NCBI RefSeq assembly: GCF_036321535.1
Contig: NC_087436.1
Span: 52,206,001 to 52,270,000, forward strand
Reading direction: 5' to 3'
Length of the DNA stretch: 64,000 nucleotides
Source: Camelus dromedarius
Taxonomy: Eukaryota
Under the pieces are notes generated by a model. That model was not told the origin of the DNA and made no database searches. It saw nothing but the letters and a program-made list of their open reading frames with translations. The position numbers and the translations under genes were made by a program. Shown here one piece after another: positions 25,225 through 37,680 of the stretch (position 1 is the first letter of the stretch; each line of letters starts with the position of its first letter).

Positions 25225-25400
25225 AATGTCAGACTCACGCCAGCTGCATCCCATGCAACCTGTCTAATCCTCGCCAGGGTCCCGCTGACAGACATTTACA
25301 AAGAGGAATGGGAGGCCTGCGACAACTAAACCACATGGTCATTGATGCACGAGGAGGAGTTGGCAGTGCTGGAGTCACACTCAGGAATGCCTGGGTCCAA
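25225..25400 (-). mobile_element. MIR
   Basis: taatcctc...catttacaaagaggaatgggaggc...tggcagtgctggagtcacactcagg. Confidence 0.6.
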
Positions 25401-26859
25401 AGCTGGTGCTTTTCCTTCCAAACCGTTCTGTCGTCCCAAATAATAGAAACTGTTTTCTCAGGAAAACTTTGCACCTTAATTTGCAAAAGAGAGATTATTA
25501 TTATTTTTTCCCATTCATGTAAAGAACCAAAAGGTTGGTTAAGGCCTCAGTCAGGTATCTTTTCAATCCTGTGGCTGAATTAAGGCTTCCTGCTTTGAGT
25601 TAATAGTATGAAAAATTACTCTCCTTAACATATAATTTTGTTTCCTTGAGCCCTCGCCCTTTGCCCCTTTCTTGATAGAGCAGCCAGCCGCCCCTGCCCT
25701 TTGAATCTGTTTCTGCTAAAGGAGGCTGACACTGCAGCTCTCATTTTAAAGAGAAAATAAAGACAGGCTTTCCGTCATTGATTTGTCTCAAGGCCACATG
25801 ACAGCAAGACCCGTTGGTAGAACTGAGCACAGACCTTAGCTACTGCATTGATGGTCATTTCCTCTGAAGTCCACTCCTCTCAGCTGGGATGTGAGACTGC
25901 AGAACGTCACAGGCATAAACTCTTGTGCTATCAAAAGGCATGTGTTCCAACAATTTGCTCACGGCTGAAGAAAGAACTATCATAGAAGAGATGGCCTCTT
26001 AAGTCTCAGCTGCTTCATTTGAACTTTTTAAAACTAGAGGTCTCTTTTATGAAATAAAATCTGGTGCAGAAACTTCGCAATATAAACTGATAAAAATGGA
26101 AACACTGTGGTTGAAAAACAGGGCTGGATGCGCAAGCAGAAGCCTCGCCTGTGAGGCTCCCTCAGGCCCGCCCCTGTTGGTTGTCTTTGGGGTACTGCAG
26201 AAGAACTGCGAAAGCCACTGGATGAGACTTTCTGAAAGGTCATCTCCGGCTCTGGCATTCAAGAACCCGCGACCCCCACCTTCCTCCTACGTCTCCATCA
26301 CATCGGGGGCATGAAAGGCTGACTGTAGTCCTTCACCCCTCTCGGGCCACTCTCACTAGGCGCCTACCCTTCTGGAATGGCTGACGACAGCTTCTCCCCA
26401 CTCCTCTGCCCCTAGAGCACGTGAGGTTAGGGCACGGGCCTGTTCCACAGCCTCCATTTCCCCAGGCACTGCTGTTACTGACTTGCTCTGAGACACTTGC
26501 ACTGAACCACTGTCTTTCTTCCTCTCACAGCGTATGGAGGCCAAGACATTGCATGTCATTAGACAGCTTTCCAGAAATACTTCAGCACAATCTGGTCTTG
26601 ATGGTCTGGGGAAGAAAGTGTTACATATTCATTTCCTCATAGGCATGAAGACCCCCGCTCAAAGCAAGCCGATGGTAACAACGTGAAGGTCTGATGTTGG
26701 GTTCGGCCTGCCACAGCCTCCCAGTGGTACTCCAGGCGGATGGCAGTGGATGAGAGTCCTAACGCACACATATGGCCCAGGCAGCTGTACCCAAAGGGAG
26801 TGAGTGCTTATCTGCTGAGACTAAGTAGCAGCATCCTTAGAAATGAGCTGAGTATCTTC

Positions 26860-27085
26860 TGACCAAGTGCATCCTGGAATCTGCATTGTATCTCACCTTT
26901 GCCAAATTGTGAGCTGTATGAAGTAGAGAAAATAACTTAACCCCTCTCAGCACTAGTTTCCTTTTTTGAAGTGGAGATAATGACACCAACCTTGCAAGGT
27001 TTTGTGAGAATCAAATGACATGACATGCTAAATTTCCCACCAAGTGCCTGGTACACAGTTGGGGTTCAATGAACTGGTAGCTATT
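26860..27085 (+). mobile_element. MIR
   Basis: aacttaacccctctcagcactagtttcc...gtgagaatcaaatga...agtgcctggtacacag. Confidence 0.8.
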
Positions 27086-27390
27086 TTCCTTTGAATAGAA
27101 GGGACACAGCTACAGCCACTGGTTAAACTTTGAAAATACATCCTGTAGCCAAAAGCAGAAGGCTAATTTCACTGGTGTTCAGGAGGGAAAAATGTCATGA
27201 TTGATTTTCCCCCTCTTCAGACAAATCACTAACACTAAGACCATTATGCCATCTTAGTATAAAAATCAATGTGGTCCTAAAAATTGTAAAAGAGCCAATG
27301 ATGTAATTTCCCCCACAGTGCATCATATTTAATTCTCTTCTCAGAAAATAAAGGGAAAAAAACCCCAGAAAGAAATAGAGCCTTGAAAAA

Positions 27391-27417
27391 GCACACATGC
27401 GCGTGCGCGCGAACACA

Positions 27418-27466
<49 letters not shown>
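27391..27466. repeat. (CA)n microsatellite with CG/CA alternating lead-in
   Basis: gcacacatgcgcgtgcgcgcgaacacacaa(ac)n. Confidence 0.97.
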
Positions 27467-27468
<2 letters not shown>

Positions 27469-30400
27469 TCACATACTTTTAACAGTGTCATGCAGTGGAG
27501 TTCAATCCATAAATTATTTTTCTTTTCTTTTAATTTAATCTTCAAGTAAAGATTATTAGCAGAATGTTGGGGCTATTTCTCAGTTAGGATACCATGCTGT
27601 GGCAACTTCCTTTCTTTTAAAAAGTTCTTTGAATTTGCTTAAGTTATTTTCTTAGCAGCTTTATCATAAGGAGGAGTCAGTGGGGCTGGGAATGCTATTT
27701 AGGGATAATCTTTCAAGAAAAATGATCCAAAATACTCCACAAGGATGAGCCAAATAAAATAGCATTTGAAAGGTAAGAAGCAAAAGGGGTTGGTTTTACC
27801 ATTCTCATTCTCTGTATTGAGCATTGAATGATAAAATCCAGCACAGACAGATTGCTCTTTTCACATATTGATTATCACCCGAAATTTGATCTATAATATT
27901 ACTTCCAGGATTATAACAACTGAGTGCTCAGAGACACACTATCTAGAAAGGGAAATTTTAAAGAAAGAGCATTTACAAACATAAACGCAAATACTCCATT
28001 TCAGAAAAATGTTAACACACAGGCAGATTTTATATAAGCTCCAGGAATATTGTGTGTGTCTCTCTTCCATAGCTAATTTGGATTGTACGTACATGCAGAG
28101 CTATGTTTAAGCAAAACCGGTTACCATGGTGACACAGAACCCCTTCTAAATGCAGGATGTGATATCTAATTCTGTGTGTGTGTTAACTATTTAGCTGAAA
28201 GCTCGGGAGGGTCTTAGGAGACACAGACAGACAGACCAAGAGTATCTCTCTTGGTTTCTTTATTTTCACCCTACCTCTGTCCTGATCAGTCTCTCCTCTC
28301 TTTAGACCAAATATTAATTTTTCTTCTCTACATGAGTAAGTGGATGAATATTGCTTTTTTCTGAATCTGACTGTACATCTTCAAAAATAATGTGCGGAAA
28401 GGCCAGCTATTTCTCCTGTTAGGATAGGACAAAAGTTCAACATACTAAACAAATCAATTCATTTTTAGAAAATTTCCTTGTTAGTTCTCATTAAAAGTGG
28501 CATTTTCAGAATAAATCCCTAATATTAGAGCTTGCTGGTCTCTCTAATTTTAGTCTTTTTCCTCCCACACCCAGTCATGAGTTTTTTCATTTCAGAATCA
28601 TGCTCTCTGGCTGACGTATGGGGAAGCTGTTTCATAGATGTGTAAATTTCAAACTTTTTGAAGTATTTTTCAAACTAAGTATCTGATACGCATTCTTTCA
28701 ATATTTTAAGAGCAAATAATCACCATGAGGTACTTTTCCTGTGGTTTTGATGATCTGGTACTTGCTTATTTGTTGGGTCACCATCAGGGGCGTTTCCAGC
28801 TGAAACTAGGAAAGAGGTCTTAAGAGGACTGACAATGCTGAGGCTAGCCGAGCCTTGTTCAGCCGCGGTTTGATGAGCAGGGATCACGCGGGCCATGCAT
28901 TAAACACATAATCCTCAGCCAGCATTCCTATAGAGTTATTTATAAAAACCAAATTTGTTGGTTGAGTTTTTACCCCTTCTCCTTTTCCCCACTTTGCAGT
29001 AGGTGTCCTCATAAATTAGGCTTCCAAAAAGCAGGTGCTGGATGAACAGAAGAACTGAAATATTACACTTCATCAGTGGCCAGACTTAAAAATGTACGTA
29101 CAAAAAGCCCAAGCAAGAGCAGTTGCCTTGTCATTTCTGTGTGATGAATTTTGTCTTCATCAACTGAAGTTGTGTCTCTTTTTGGCAATGCACTCTACTT
29201 AGTGCTATAGGAAGTTAAAAAAAAAAAAAGACTCTATCTGGTCTTCTATGTACTTTCAATCTAGTGTAGAAATAGGAACATACAGTCTTGTAGCTCGTTA
29301 TGAGGTGGTAATCTTTGTGACTTTAATGTCGAAAACCTTGGGAGTCCATTTACGTAAAAGGAGTAACTCGTTCACTATATAGCTGGGAGTCTTTGAATAC
29401 CATAGATACTCACAGAATTTCTTGTTTTGAAAGATCTCAAGCTAACTGAACTAGGTGGTAGTAGAAAATATCCATTCTAGTGCTGTGTCAGTGAGCAGAG
29501 TCATTCTAGAGAGTGTAGGATGTGGGAGGGGCGCTGTGTGTGATGTCCTTTATCTCTTTGTATAAGTGATCATGAAAACATGTCTGTTTTATTTGTTTGC
29601 ACAGCTAAATGATCATTTCCAGGAGAATCGAACAATTGCTTTTCTAGTAAGATTTCAGAACCATTTCACTCTGAATTTTGGGGTAACTGTAATGGCAAAT
29701 GTCTCACCCTCAGGAAACTGAAGCTGGCACTCGGGCCTCTTTCTCCTGCTCACGCCTAGTTTGTGGACGAGCAAGGTAGAGTTCGGCTGAGCTCTTTTAA
29801 AAATTCTCCCTTCATTTTTAAATTATGGAAGGTGATGGTTGTACACCAAGGAAACAATGCAGAAGTTCATGAATTTCCCTCCTTTGTATCATCATTTCCT
29901 TAAGGTCTGTATCCCACTAACATTTGCCCTTCCCAACCAGAGTTAAACTGCCCTCTTCACAAAAACAATCACTGCTAACAGCTTGGCTTGTAGATTTTAA
30001 GATTTTCTTTTGCATATGCAACTATACACGTAAACATAGATCTTACCACTTTGTCACACCAGGAGCTCCTTGAAGTGTGGACCACTATTGACACACTTAC
30101 TTCTGGAATCCTGAGTCCATCCATCCTGTATCCGTCGTCTGCTACGTCCCATGTGCTCTGTCAAATGCAAAGCATTTCTTCATGTCACCTGTCAGTTCAT
30201 AAAGATCCCACTTTGTAGCCACAGACACTCTGCCTCTGTCTGGTACACTTCTCCTCCTCCGCTTCCACTAGCCTCTGGTCATCCCTGTTACTTCCCTATT
30301 ATTAAAAACCTTCATGCTCAAGTGCCTGGGCATCACCTAGAGAAGGAGGACAGGGTTTGCCTCTTGGCTCCTGAATTCTGCAAAGCTGGAAATCCTGAAG

Positions 30401-30639
30401 CGTCAGAGTGAAATAGGCACAAGCCGAAACCAGCATTTTTTGTGGCTAATGTTGATGAGCTTGCTTGGCAAATACTTGTGTGTTATGTTATGGAAGTCTC
30501 ACTTTTTTTTTTATTATATCTCACCAAAGACCACTCCCCCTTAATAAGATATGACAAGAACTGGGAGAAAGAGGGGAGATAAAAAGAAAGGTTGAAAAAA
30601 CCTCTCTAAGTGCTATTCAGAATGATTTGCCCCTGCAAC

Positions 30640-30980
30640 ACGCATTTATATACCTAAAAATGTGGCCATCCTAACACAGATTATTCCATATTTTATACAT
30701 ATTTTAATGTAATAGTAATGGTGTATCATGGATGTATTTACAAGTCAGGATGTATAAAATTCAGTTGAATGAAGGTGTCATTTATTTAACAAATCTTCGA
30801 TTTTTGAACATTTAGTATCATTCTGCTTTTAGTATTAAAAATGATATAACAAAGAAAACCTTTATATACACATCACACACACACTTGAATCAGTATTTCT
30901 GTAGGACAAATTACTAGAAATGGAATTGTTGCCTTAAAGTCATGTACATTTTAAACTGTATATATATATTGCCAAGGTGA
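30640..30980 (-). mobile_element. Old L1 (L1ME-like) 3' fragment
   Basis: tttatttaacaaatc...aacatttag...gtatttctgtaggacaaattactagaaatggaattg...tattgccaa. Confidence 0.7.
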
Positions 30981-31254
30981 TAAATGATGCTCAGAGATTC
31001 TAGGAGTATCCTTGGTGGGGCTATAAAGACACTTCCTCCAGTCATTAATTATCAAATACTTTTCTTGAGGTGAGGTTTTCTGAGAAAGAGGAAATGGAGA
31101 CTAGACAGGGAAGTAGGAAGTAAGTAACTCATCATCAAGGGCACCTAGATTCTTAGGTACCATTGTGTTTTGTAGATAATCGTTCTATTGACTTTATTTT
31201 GAAAGCTCTCCTCTTTTGATCTTGATACCATTTATTTTTAATAGTATCTCTTAC

Positions 31255-31810
31255 TTGTTTGTCTACCAGTTAATTCATCCGTTTATCCATCCACCCACCC
31301 ATCCACTCACCCAACATTAAGTAAGCTTCTGCTGTATTTTACAAGCAAGTATAATTGCTTGGGAATGAGATATACTTGGTTCAAATAATCAAGAAGCTTA
31401 TTCTCACAGATGGACACAAATAAATAAGTAAATAAAGGAATTAAGTACAATTTAGATGAGTGTCACAAAGGAAAACACTAGATGCTATAAGAGCATATAA
31501 TAGAGGAAACTGACTGAAGAACACATTTTTTTTTAAGAACATGTTTTTTGAGAGTCATCTACTGACTTCACATTTCCATATTCTTAATAACTTTGACTTA
31601 ATAACTTGACTCCTACTCTGTCATCATCATTGTTGTATTCGACACCCAACACCTTGGCTCACAGTTGCTTGGCTTCTATGCTTTTCTATTCCATTCCATG
31701 TCAGCCACTCATCACAATAGCCTCACTGTAAAACTGACATCCAGACTGGCTTTACCACTGTGGTCTCAGGTTCTGATACTCTTTTACTGTGACTGCATTA
31801 TTTTCTCACT
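31255..31810. mobile_element. Two L2 fragments in opposite orientations
   Basis: Antisense L2 tail (ttcatcc...caacattaagtaagc...tcaagaagctt) followed by sense pyrimidine-rich L2 body. Confidence 0.55.
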
Positions 31811-31869
31811 CCTTCCGAACTTAGTCTTTGTCCTCATTGGAATGTCACAACTTGAAAGATTATTTGCAA

Positions 31870-32070
31870 TATAAGTGTTTTACATACAATTGTCTCCTGT
31901 AATCTTCCCCCAAATCCTATGAAATAGACACTACTATTACTTCATTCAACAAGTAAAGAAATATTAGACAGTATAGACTTACCCAATGCTATGTAGTTAA
32001 TTGAGTGACTTGAAACATTTCTGATCCCAAATCTGGGGTTCATAACCACATATAAATCAAGCATGATTCC
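31870..32070 (-). mobile_element. MIR
   Basis: tttacatacaattgtctc...aatcctatgaaatag...gacttacccaa. Confidence 0.65.
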
Positions 32071-32499
32071 AGGCAAAGTATTTATAAAATAAACTGACAG
32101 TAGGGAAAGAGAGAAATCCCAGATCATAAAATGGGGACAATTTTTTTCTGCTGCGTAGCCTTCTGAGATTTAACAAAATGTCTGACGACGTTGACCAGAC
32201 TTAAAACCCTCTTCTTCCGTCTCTGGGAGTTCAGGGAGTAAGGACTTGAACTGGAGGCTGACAAAGCCAAGTCAGAGTGTCTGCTACATCCTATGTGCTC
32301 TGTCAAACTAACCATGGGTAAAAGCTGTTTGTACAGGGACCTATTAATAAGCACTACTGGTACAGTAGAGATTTTTTCCATTTCCAATGCTGAATAGTCT
32401 GTCCAGTACTTTTGTCTATGTCAAGAATTTTAGAGAACAGCATCCTATTTTAATTTTCTGAATGAATCGACTGCTCATTTTTAATTCTTTTACTTTGTT

Positions 32500-32660
32500 T
32501 CTATTTGTTTGCATTGCATTAAAATATTTGCTTATTTATGTCCTTTTTTCATAGGCTGTAAACTCTTTGAGAGCAGTGTCCTTGACTCTCTTTCCACATT
32601 TTTTCACCTGTCATCAGAACAGTGCCTGGACTACTTTTAAGAAGTATTTGTTGAGTGCAT
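32500..32660 (+). mobile_element. L2 3' end
   Basis: ggctgtaaactctttgagagcag...agaacagtgcctgga...tatttgttgagtg. Confidence 0.75.
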
Positions 32661-33174
32661 CTGTGGAACTTAATGGAACCTAAAATTTGGTAATCAACAA
32701 AATCAAGTTTTAAAAATATAATTCCTTTGTCCATTTCCATACTTTATTATTTTTTTATCTCATAAATGTGTTTTTGAATCTCAGCCATGTGTCAGGCACT
32801 GTGTTAGGGACCAAGAAAGTAAACGTAAATTAGATACAACCTTGTCCTGGTGGTTTCACAAAAGGACACTGACTGATGGAAAACTAGACAGAACAAAATG
32901 TCTTGTTGCACTGAGTAAGCTGGGTTCATAAGGATCTTTTTGAAACTCTGGGGGATATAAACACTAAAAAAAATTCTATAATGAACAAAAGATAAAAACA
33001 TAGAAATCAATTATTTTTAATTTAAGATATGTAACATTTCACTGTTTGATATGTTTTGTTTAGTGTATTTATGGTTTCATATTAATGAATGTTATAAATA
33101 TGTTTTTATATAGAATCTCAAAGACGTCAAAATCTACTTTTCTAAGCAATATTCTTAGTTAAGAATAAAATAAA

Positions 33175-33700
33175 CTGTGGTGAGAAATAGACCCTTGCAC
33201 AATGCCTCAGAACCAGCAGGAGTTTATTTCTTGCGCATATGGAGAACAAGTTTCAAGCCTTTGATCAGCCATCAGTTCTCCTCTAGGTGGTTACTTAGGG
33301 AAGCAGTTCCCTTCTTTTGGATCCACCATTGTCTAAGCCAATTGTTCTCCAGGTGTGGTCCCAGGACCAGTGGCATCAGCATCACTTAGGACCTCATTAG
33401 AAATGCAAATTCTCACACTAGTCTTACTGAATTAGAAACCCTAGGGGTAGGGGCTGGCAATTAGCATTTTAGAAAGCCCTCCTGGTGATTCCAGGGCAGG
33501 GAAATTTGGGAACCACTGTTCCAGGCCTGCAGCCCCCTGTTGTCTGCACCCAGTGTGTGGATGGAGAAAAGGACCAACGTCTTCTTAAAGGTCTGGACTC
33601 AGAAATGTCACACATTAATGTTTTCCTCCACATTTTATTGTCTAGAAATCAGGAACATGGCCACAGAATCTCGTCCAAAGATACCTTAAGTGCAAATTCA
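33175..33700 (-). mobile_element. Old MLT1 (J/K-like) LTR interrupted by MER5A
   Basis: gagtttatttcttg...cagaaatgtcacac...cacattttattgtctagaa...catggccaca. Confidence 0.55.
33340..33518 (+). mobile_element. MER5A
   Basis: gtgtggtcccaggaccagtggcatcagcatcac...tagaaatgcaaattctc...tttgggaaccactg. Confidence 0.9.
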
Positions 33701-34057
33701 CATAATATGTACAACTGGGTTTTGGGGGCAAGGTATTGCTGTGGTGAGTTGTTCTGGAGTAGGATTGGGTTGTGGAAGTTCTGTCGTTCTTCGTGGTGGC
33801 CCTAATGCAATTTAATAGATATTGACAAGACTTTTGGGCAGACAAAACTTTTCTTGTATTCAATGATCTCTAGTGCGAGATTATATCCTGTTTGAATAAG
33901 GTTGTGTAAAGTGACAAGAGGGAAATATGACTCCACCATGAAGAATAATTAACTAAAAAAAATAATGGAGAAGGGTGAGAAACTTGCCACAGTTACATAA
34001 AAGATCTCTGCCAGTTATTTTTCTTGGAGGTGGTGGAAGAGGATGTGGAACCTGGAG

Positions 34058-34241
34058 AAACAACTTTAACCTGAACATGTGTCAGCCTCGTCTAGAGGGC
34101 TTGTTGAAACAGAGATTTCCTGGCCCCTGCCCAGAGTTTCTGATTCAGTAAATCTGAGTGAAGCAGGAGAATCTGCCTTTCTAACAAGGTTTCGGGTGAT
34201 GCTGATGTTATTGTTCAGGGACCACACTTGGAGCATCACTG
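34058..34241 (-). mobile_element. MER5A
   Basis: ccagagtttctgattcagta...tttctaacaag...gtgatgctgatg...gggaccacactt...cactg. Confidence 0.9.
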
Positions 34242-34645
34242 ATTAGGGATTGAAAAAAAAAGTCTTTCAGATAAAACCTGGATTTGAGGAAAATCCTTCT
34301 TGCTTTGGGACTTTTTGACAGGTGTTTCTGTGAAATGTAGGCCAGAAGTTTTTTTCTTTTGCTGGCAAAGTTAGATGTGTGCTCCTAGCTTGAGGAGGTG
34401 ATGGGTGCTCTGCAAAGGGTGGAGGGTGGGGGTGGAAATCAATGACTTTGCATCTTTAGGGAATGTTTATTAATCCTCTTTATGCCAGTACTTCATCCTG
34501 TTGCGGAACTAAGGAGATAGAGGTGTGTAACTCGTTTCATTAATTAGACAAATAATCTTTTTCAGTCACAAAAGTATTTTATTACTATTTCTTCATTTCT
34601 CACTAACCCATCAACATTTTTGAGCATTAAAAAATATACAAAAAG

Positions 34646-34650
<5 letters not shown>

Positions 34651-34685
<35 letters not shown>
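34651..34685. repeat. (CA)n microsatellite
   Basis: Direct reading. Confidence 0.97.
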
Positions 34686-35387
34686 TTCCAATCCCTTTCG
34701 TCTTCAGAAAGAGGTTTGGTTTCGTGTAGCTGCTAAAACATCAGCCTCCACTACGATCAAGTGCGTGCATTAGGAACACAAAATGATCTTGCTTGATTTA
34801 GCTGTCCCCTATAGGAGAGCTTGCCTAATAAGTATTATTTTTCCTGCAGTTAAGGCTGTTTGTAAGTTCATTGAACCCAATTGCTCTTGCTGCCTTCTGA
34901 TCTCTCTTTCTATTGTTGATTCTGAATTAAAATTCTGTGTTAGCTGCAGCCCAGTATTTTTGCAAACTGCAAGAGGTATGTATTTTCCTTGTGTGTTATT
35001 GTTATTATGATATTAATTATAATACACACCGTCAACTGAATGTCAGCACTGTCCCAGAAATTGTTGAGCAAAGATTTTTGACAAGGTCCCTGCCTAGGGA
35101 TTATGTAAAAGCCATTCAAGTAGAATTGAATTAACATATGGCTTGGTTTAGTGCGGCTGAACTTGAATATTGATTGATTCTTTGGATGTGAAGTGAGTTT
35201 GTGGAAGAGAAAAAGAAATGAACTCTACAGATTTTAGGATCTGGTTTTTAAAATGTCCCAGGATTTCAACTAAGAACTCACTTGCCTCTGTGGGAGACAA
35301 TCCTTATTTATCATTTTTATTTCTTGGAGCTGAAATAGTAGGATTGATGGACTCAAATTAGCAGTAGGGAAATATGCAAATGATGTT

Positions 35388-37482
35388 TAGAAGGGCCCAT
35401 GTCATACAAGAAGTCAAAAGCAGTCTTAATCATCAGATCCCTTCCGCCCGATTGCCTAATGTCAATTTGTTTTATGGGCAGTATTTCTTCTACCTCTTTT
35501 TCCCTCATTGTCTGGCACTGGTTGAAAGCATGCATCTCTATCAAGTTGTCCTCTGATAATTTCTCTGGTTTTGTACCTATTAGCTCTTGAATTTCTTAAT
35601 CTGTATCCTCCTCCCCACCCCACCCCAGCTAAATCCTCAATCTCTTTCATGATTTCCTTGATCAGCTCCCTCATAAGTCTTGTAAACTTATGTGCAACAT
35701 CTGGACACAGAATTTTCTAGCAGGAATTGATTGTTTTGGGCTACTAGATGTCATGGCTTTTTCTACAGCAACAATGGCATCTTCAGTGGTGTAATCTTTC
35801 CAAACTTTCATGATGTTCTCTCTAACCAGATTCTCTTCCACAGTGTTGATAATCCTCTCCTAAAGCACCATGTGTCATGAGCCTTTAAGTTCCTTACGAT
35901 GCTCTGATCTAGAGGCTGAATTAGAGACACTGTGTTTAGCGGCAAGTGGACCACATCAGTGCCTTTGGTGGTGTTGAACTCATGGGGTTCTGGGTGACCA
36001 GATGCATTGTCCAACACCAAAAGAACTTTAAAAGGCAGCCCCTTAGTTGTAAGGTACTTCCCAACTTCAGGGAGAAAGCATCAACGGACTTAGTCCAGAA
36101 AAGGGTCCTGGTTGAGCAGGCCTTCTTGTTGTACAAGCAAAAGACTAGCAGCTGGTGTTTATCTTTTCCCTTCAAGGCTTGGGGGTTAGCAGCTTATGGA
36201 TAAGGGCAGTCCTGATCATAAATATGACTGCATTTGCACAAAACAGTAGAGTTAAACTATCCCTTCCTGCCTTAAATCCTGGTGCTTGCTTCTCTTCCAT
36301 ACTAATAAATGTTCTTTGTGGCACTTTTCCCCCGAGAATAGGGCACTTTCATCTGCATCAAATACCTGTTCAGGTACATATCTTTTCTCCTCAATGTCTG
36401 GGAACTTGTCTACTGCGCCTTGGTCGGTAGAGGCCAATTGTGCTACTATCTGGACATTTTTTGTAAGCCAAACCTCTTTCTAAAATTATCAAACCATCCT
36501 TTGCTGACATTAAATTCTCCAGCTGTAGACCTTTCATCTTCCTTTTGGTTTCAGTTTTCATGTAATGATTTCATTTTTAAAAATCATATTTGAGTCTATA
36601 GGTAAGCATTTCTTATAGCAATCCTGCATCCACATAAAAGTTACATTTTCAATGTAAGAAGAAAAGGTATTTTGCAAAAAGTTGAGTTCTGTACCTGCTG
36701 GTGTAGCTGTAGTAATGGCTTCAAGAATTTCCTTTCCTTTTTTCACAATGGTACTTATGCTGTACTCATTTATCCTGAAATGGCAGGCAATCGCAACTGC
36801 AGACCTCAATCTATGATGCATATCAAGCAATTCAACTTTTTCTTGTAATGTTGTGGCTTTTCTTTGCTTCTTGGGAGCACTTCCAGCATCACTGGTGGCA
36901 CTTTGTTTGGGTCGCCTGGTGTTATTTAAGATTTACCATATTGCACTAAACACAATGAAAAATATGTGAGAATTGTGAGAGATCACTTTTTGCTGCAATA
37001 GGCAATTTACTGGAGAGACGAACTGCTCATGCTTAGATGATTAGAATCACACGGTGGTGGTGGCATTTTAAGCTGATACTCACAACATATGAGTAACATG
37101 TAATAGCAACAGGTGGTGGCCACGAAATTCTTACAGTAGTACAGTGTGTGCTACAGTTGGTTATATGCAGTTATGATGTAACCCTGCATCTTTGCATTTG
37201 TTTACATTTCTCTCCCTCCAACTGCAAATGGCACCATATACAGTCTGTTTGTGTGCATAAGTTTTACCTTTTTATAATAGATTTGTGTGTCTTTTATAGT
37301 AGTAAATAATAAAATAGCCTAGTATCTACATATATTTTATGCATTTATGAACCTACCTAAATTTTTCTTAATTTTTGATATTTCTACACTATAGTTTGTG
37401 AGTTTTTTCAAGTTTCATACATCTTCAAAATCCATGTATAAGGGCCCATACAGTTCAAACCATGTTGTTCAAGGGTCACCTA
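35388..37482 (-). mobile_element. Tigger2 DNA transposon (TcMar-Tigger), 3'-truncated
   Basis: 5' TIR (gttgttcaagggtca) at ~37464-37482; transposase remnants throughout. Confidence 0.9.
35390..36880 (-). pseudogene. Tigger2 pogo/CENP-B-like DDE transposase, frameshifted
   Basis: ORF fragments ACHFRINEYSISTIVK (HTH), YVPEQVFDADESALF (first D motif), LDNASGHP...LPLNTVSLIQPLDQ (DDE_1), KTAFDFLYDMGPS; several frames with stops. Confidence 0.9.
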
Positions 37483-37576
37483 TAGTTATGTATTTTGGGA
37501 AGTCAAAAGTTATACACAAATTTTTGACTTCATGGTGGGTTGGGGCTCCTAACCCTGTGTTATTCAAGGGTCAATA
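37483..37576 (+). mobile_element. Tigger2-family 3' terminal segment, opposite orientation
   Basis: agtcaaaagttatacacaaatttttgact...cctaaccctgtgttattcaagggtcaa matches recalled Tigger2/MER28/MER8 right end. Confidence 0.8.
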
Positions 37577-37680
37577 CATTGTGTATTATGCTAATAATCA
37601 AATTATAGTTCTAAATTTTCCCTAGGTAGTCTCAAATATTACTTATAAGTTCCTGGGAAAGTTCATTCTATTTAGAAGCT

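Noticed and set aside
27195..27545. Cys/Val-repeat ORFs
   Set aside because: Translation of the (CA)n microsatellite
35390..36880. Domesticated TIGD-like gene
   Set aside because: Transposase is broken across several frames with stops and still carries its TIR; a fossil
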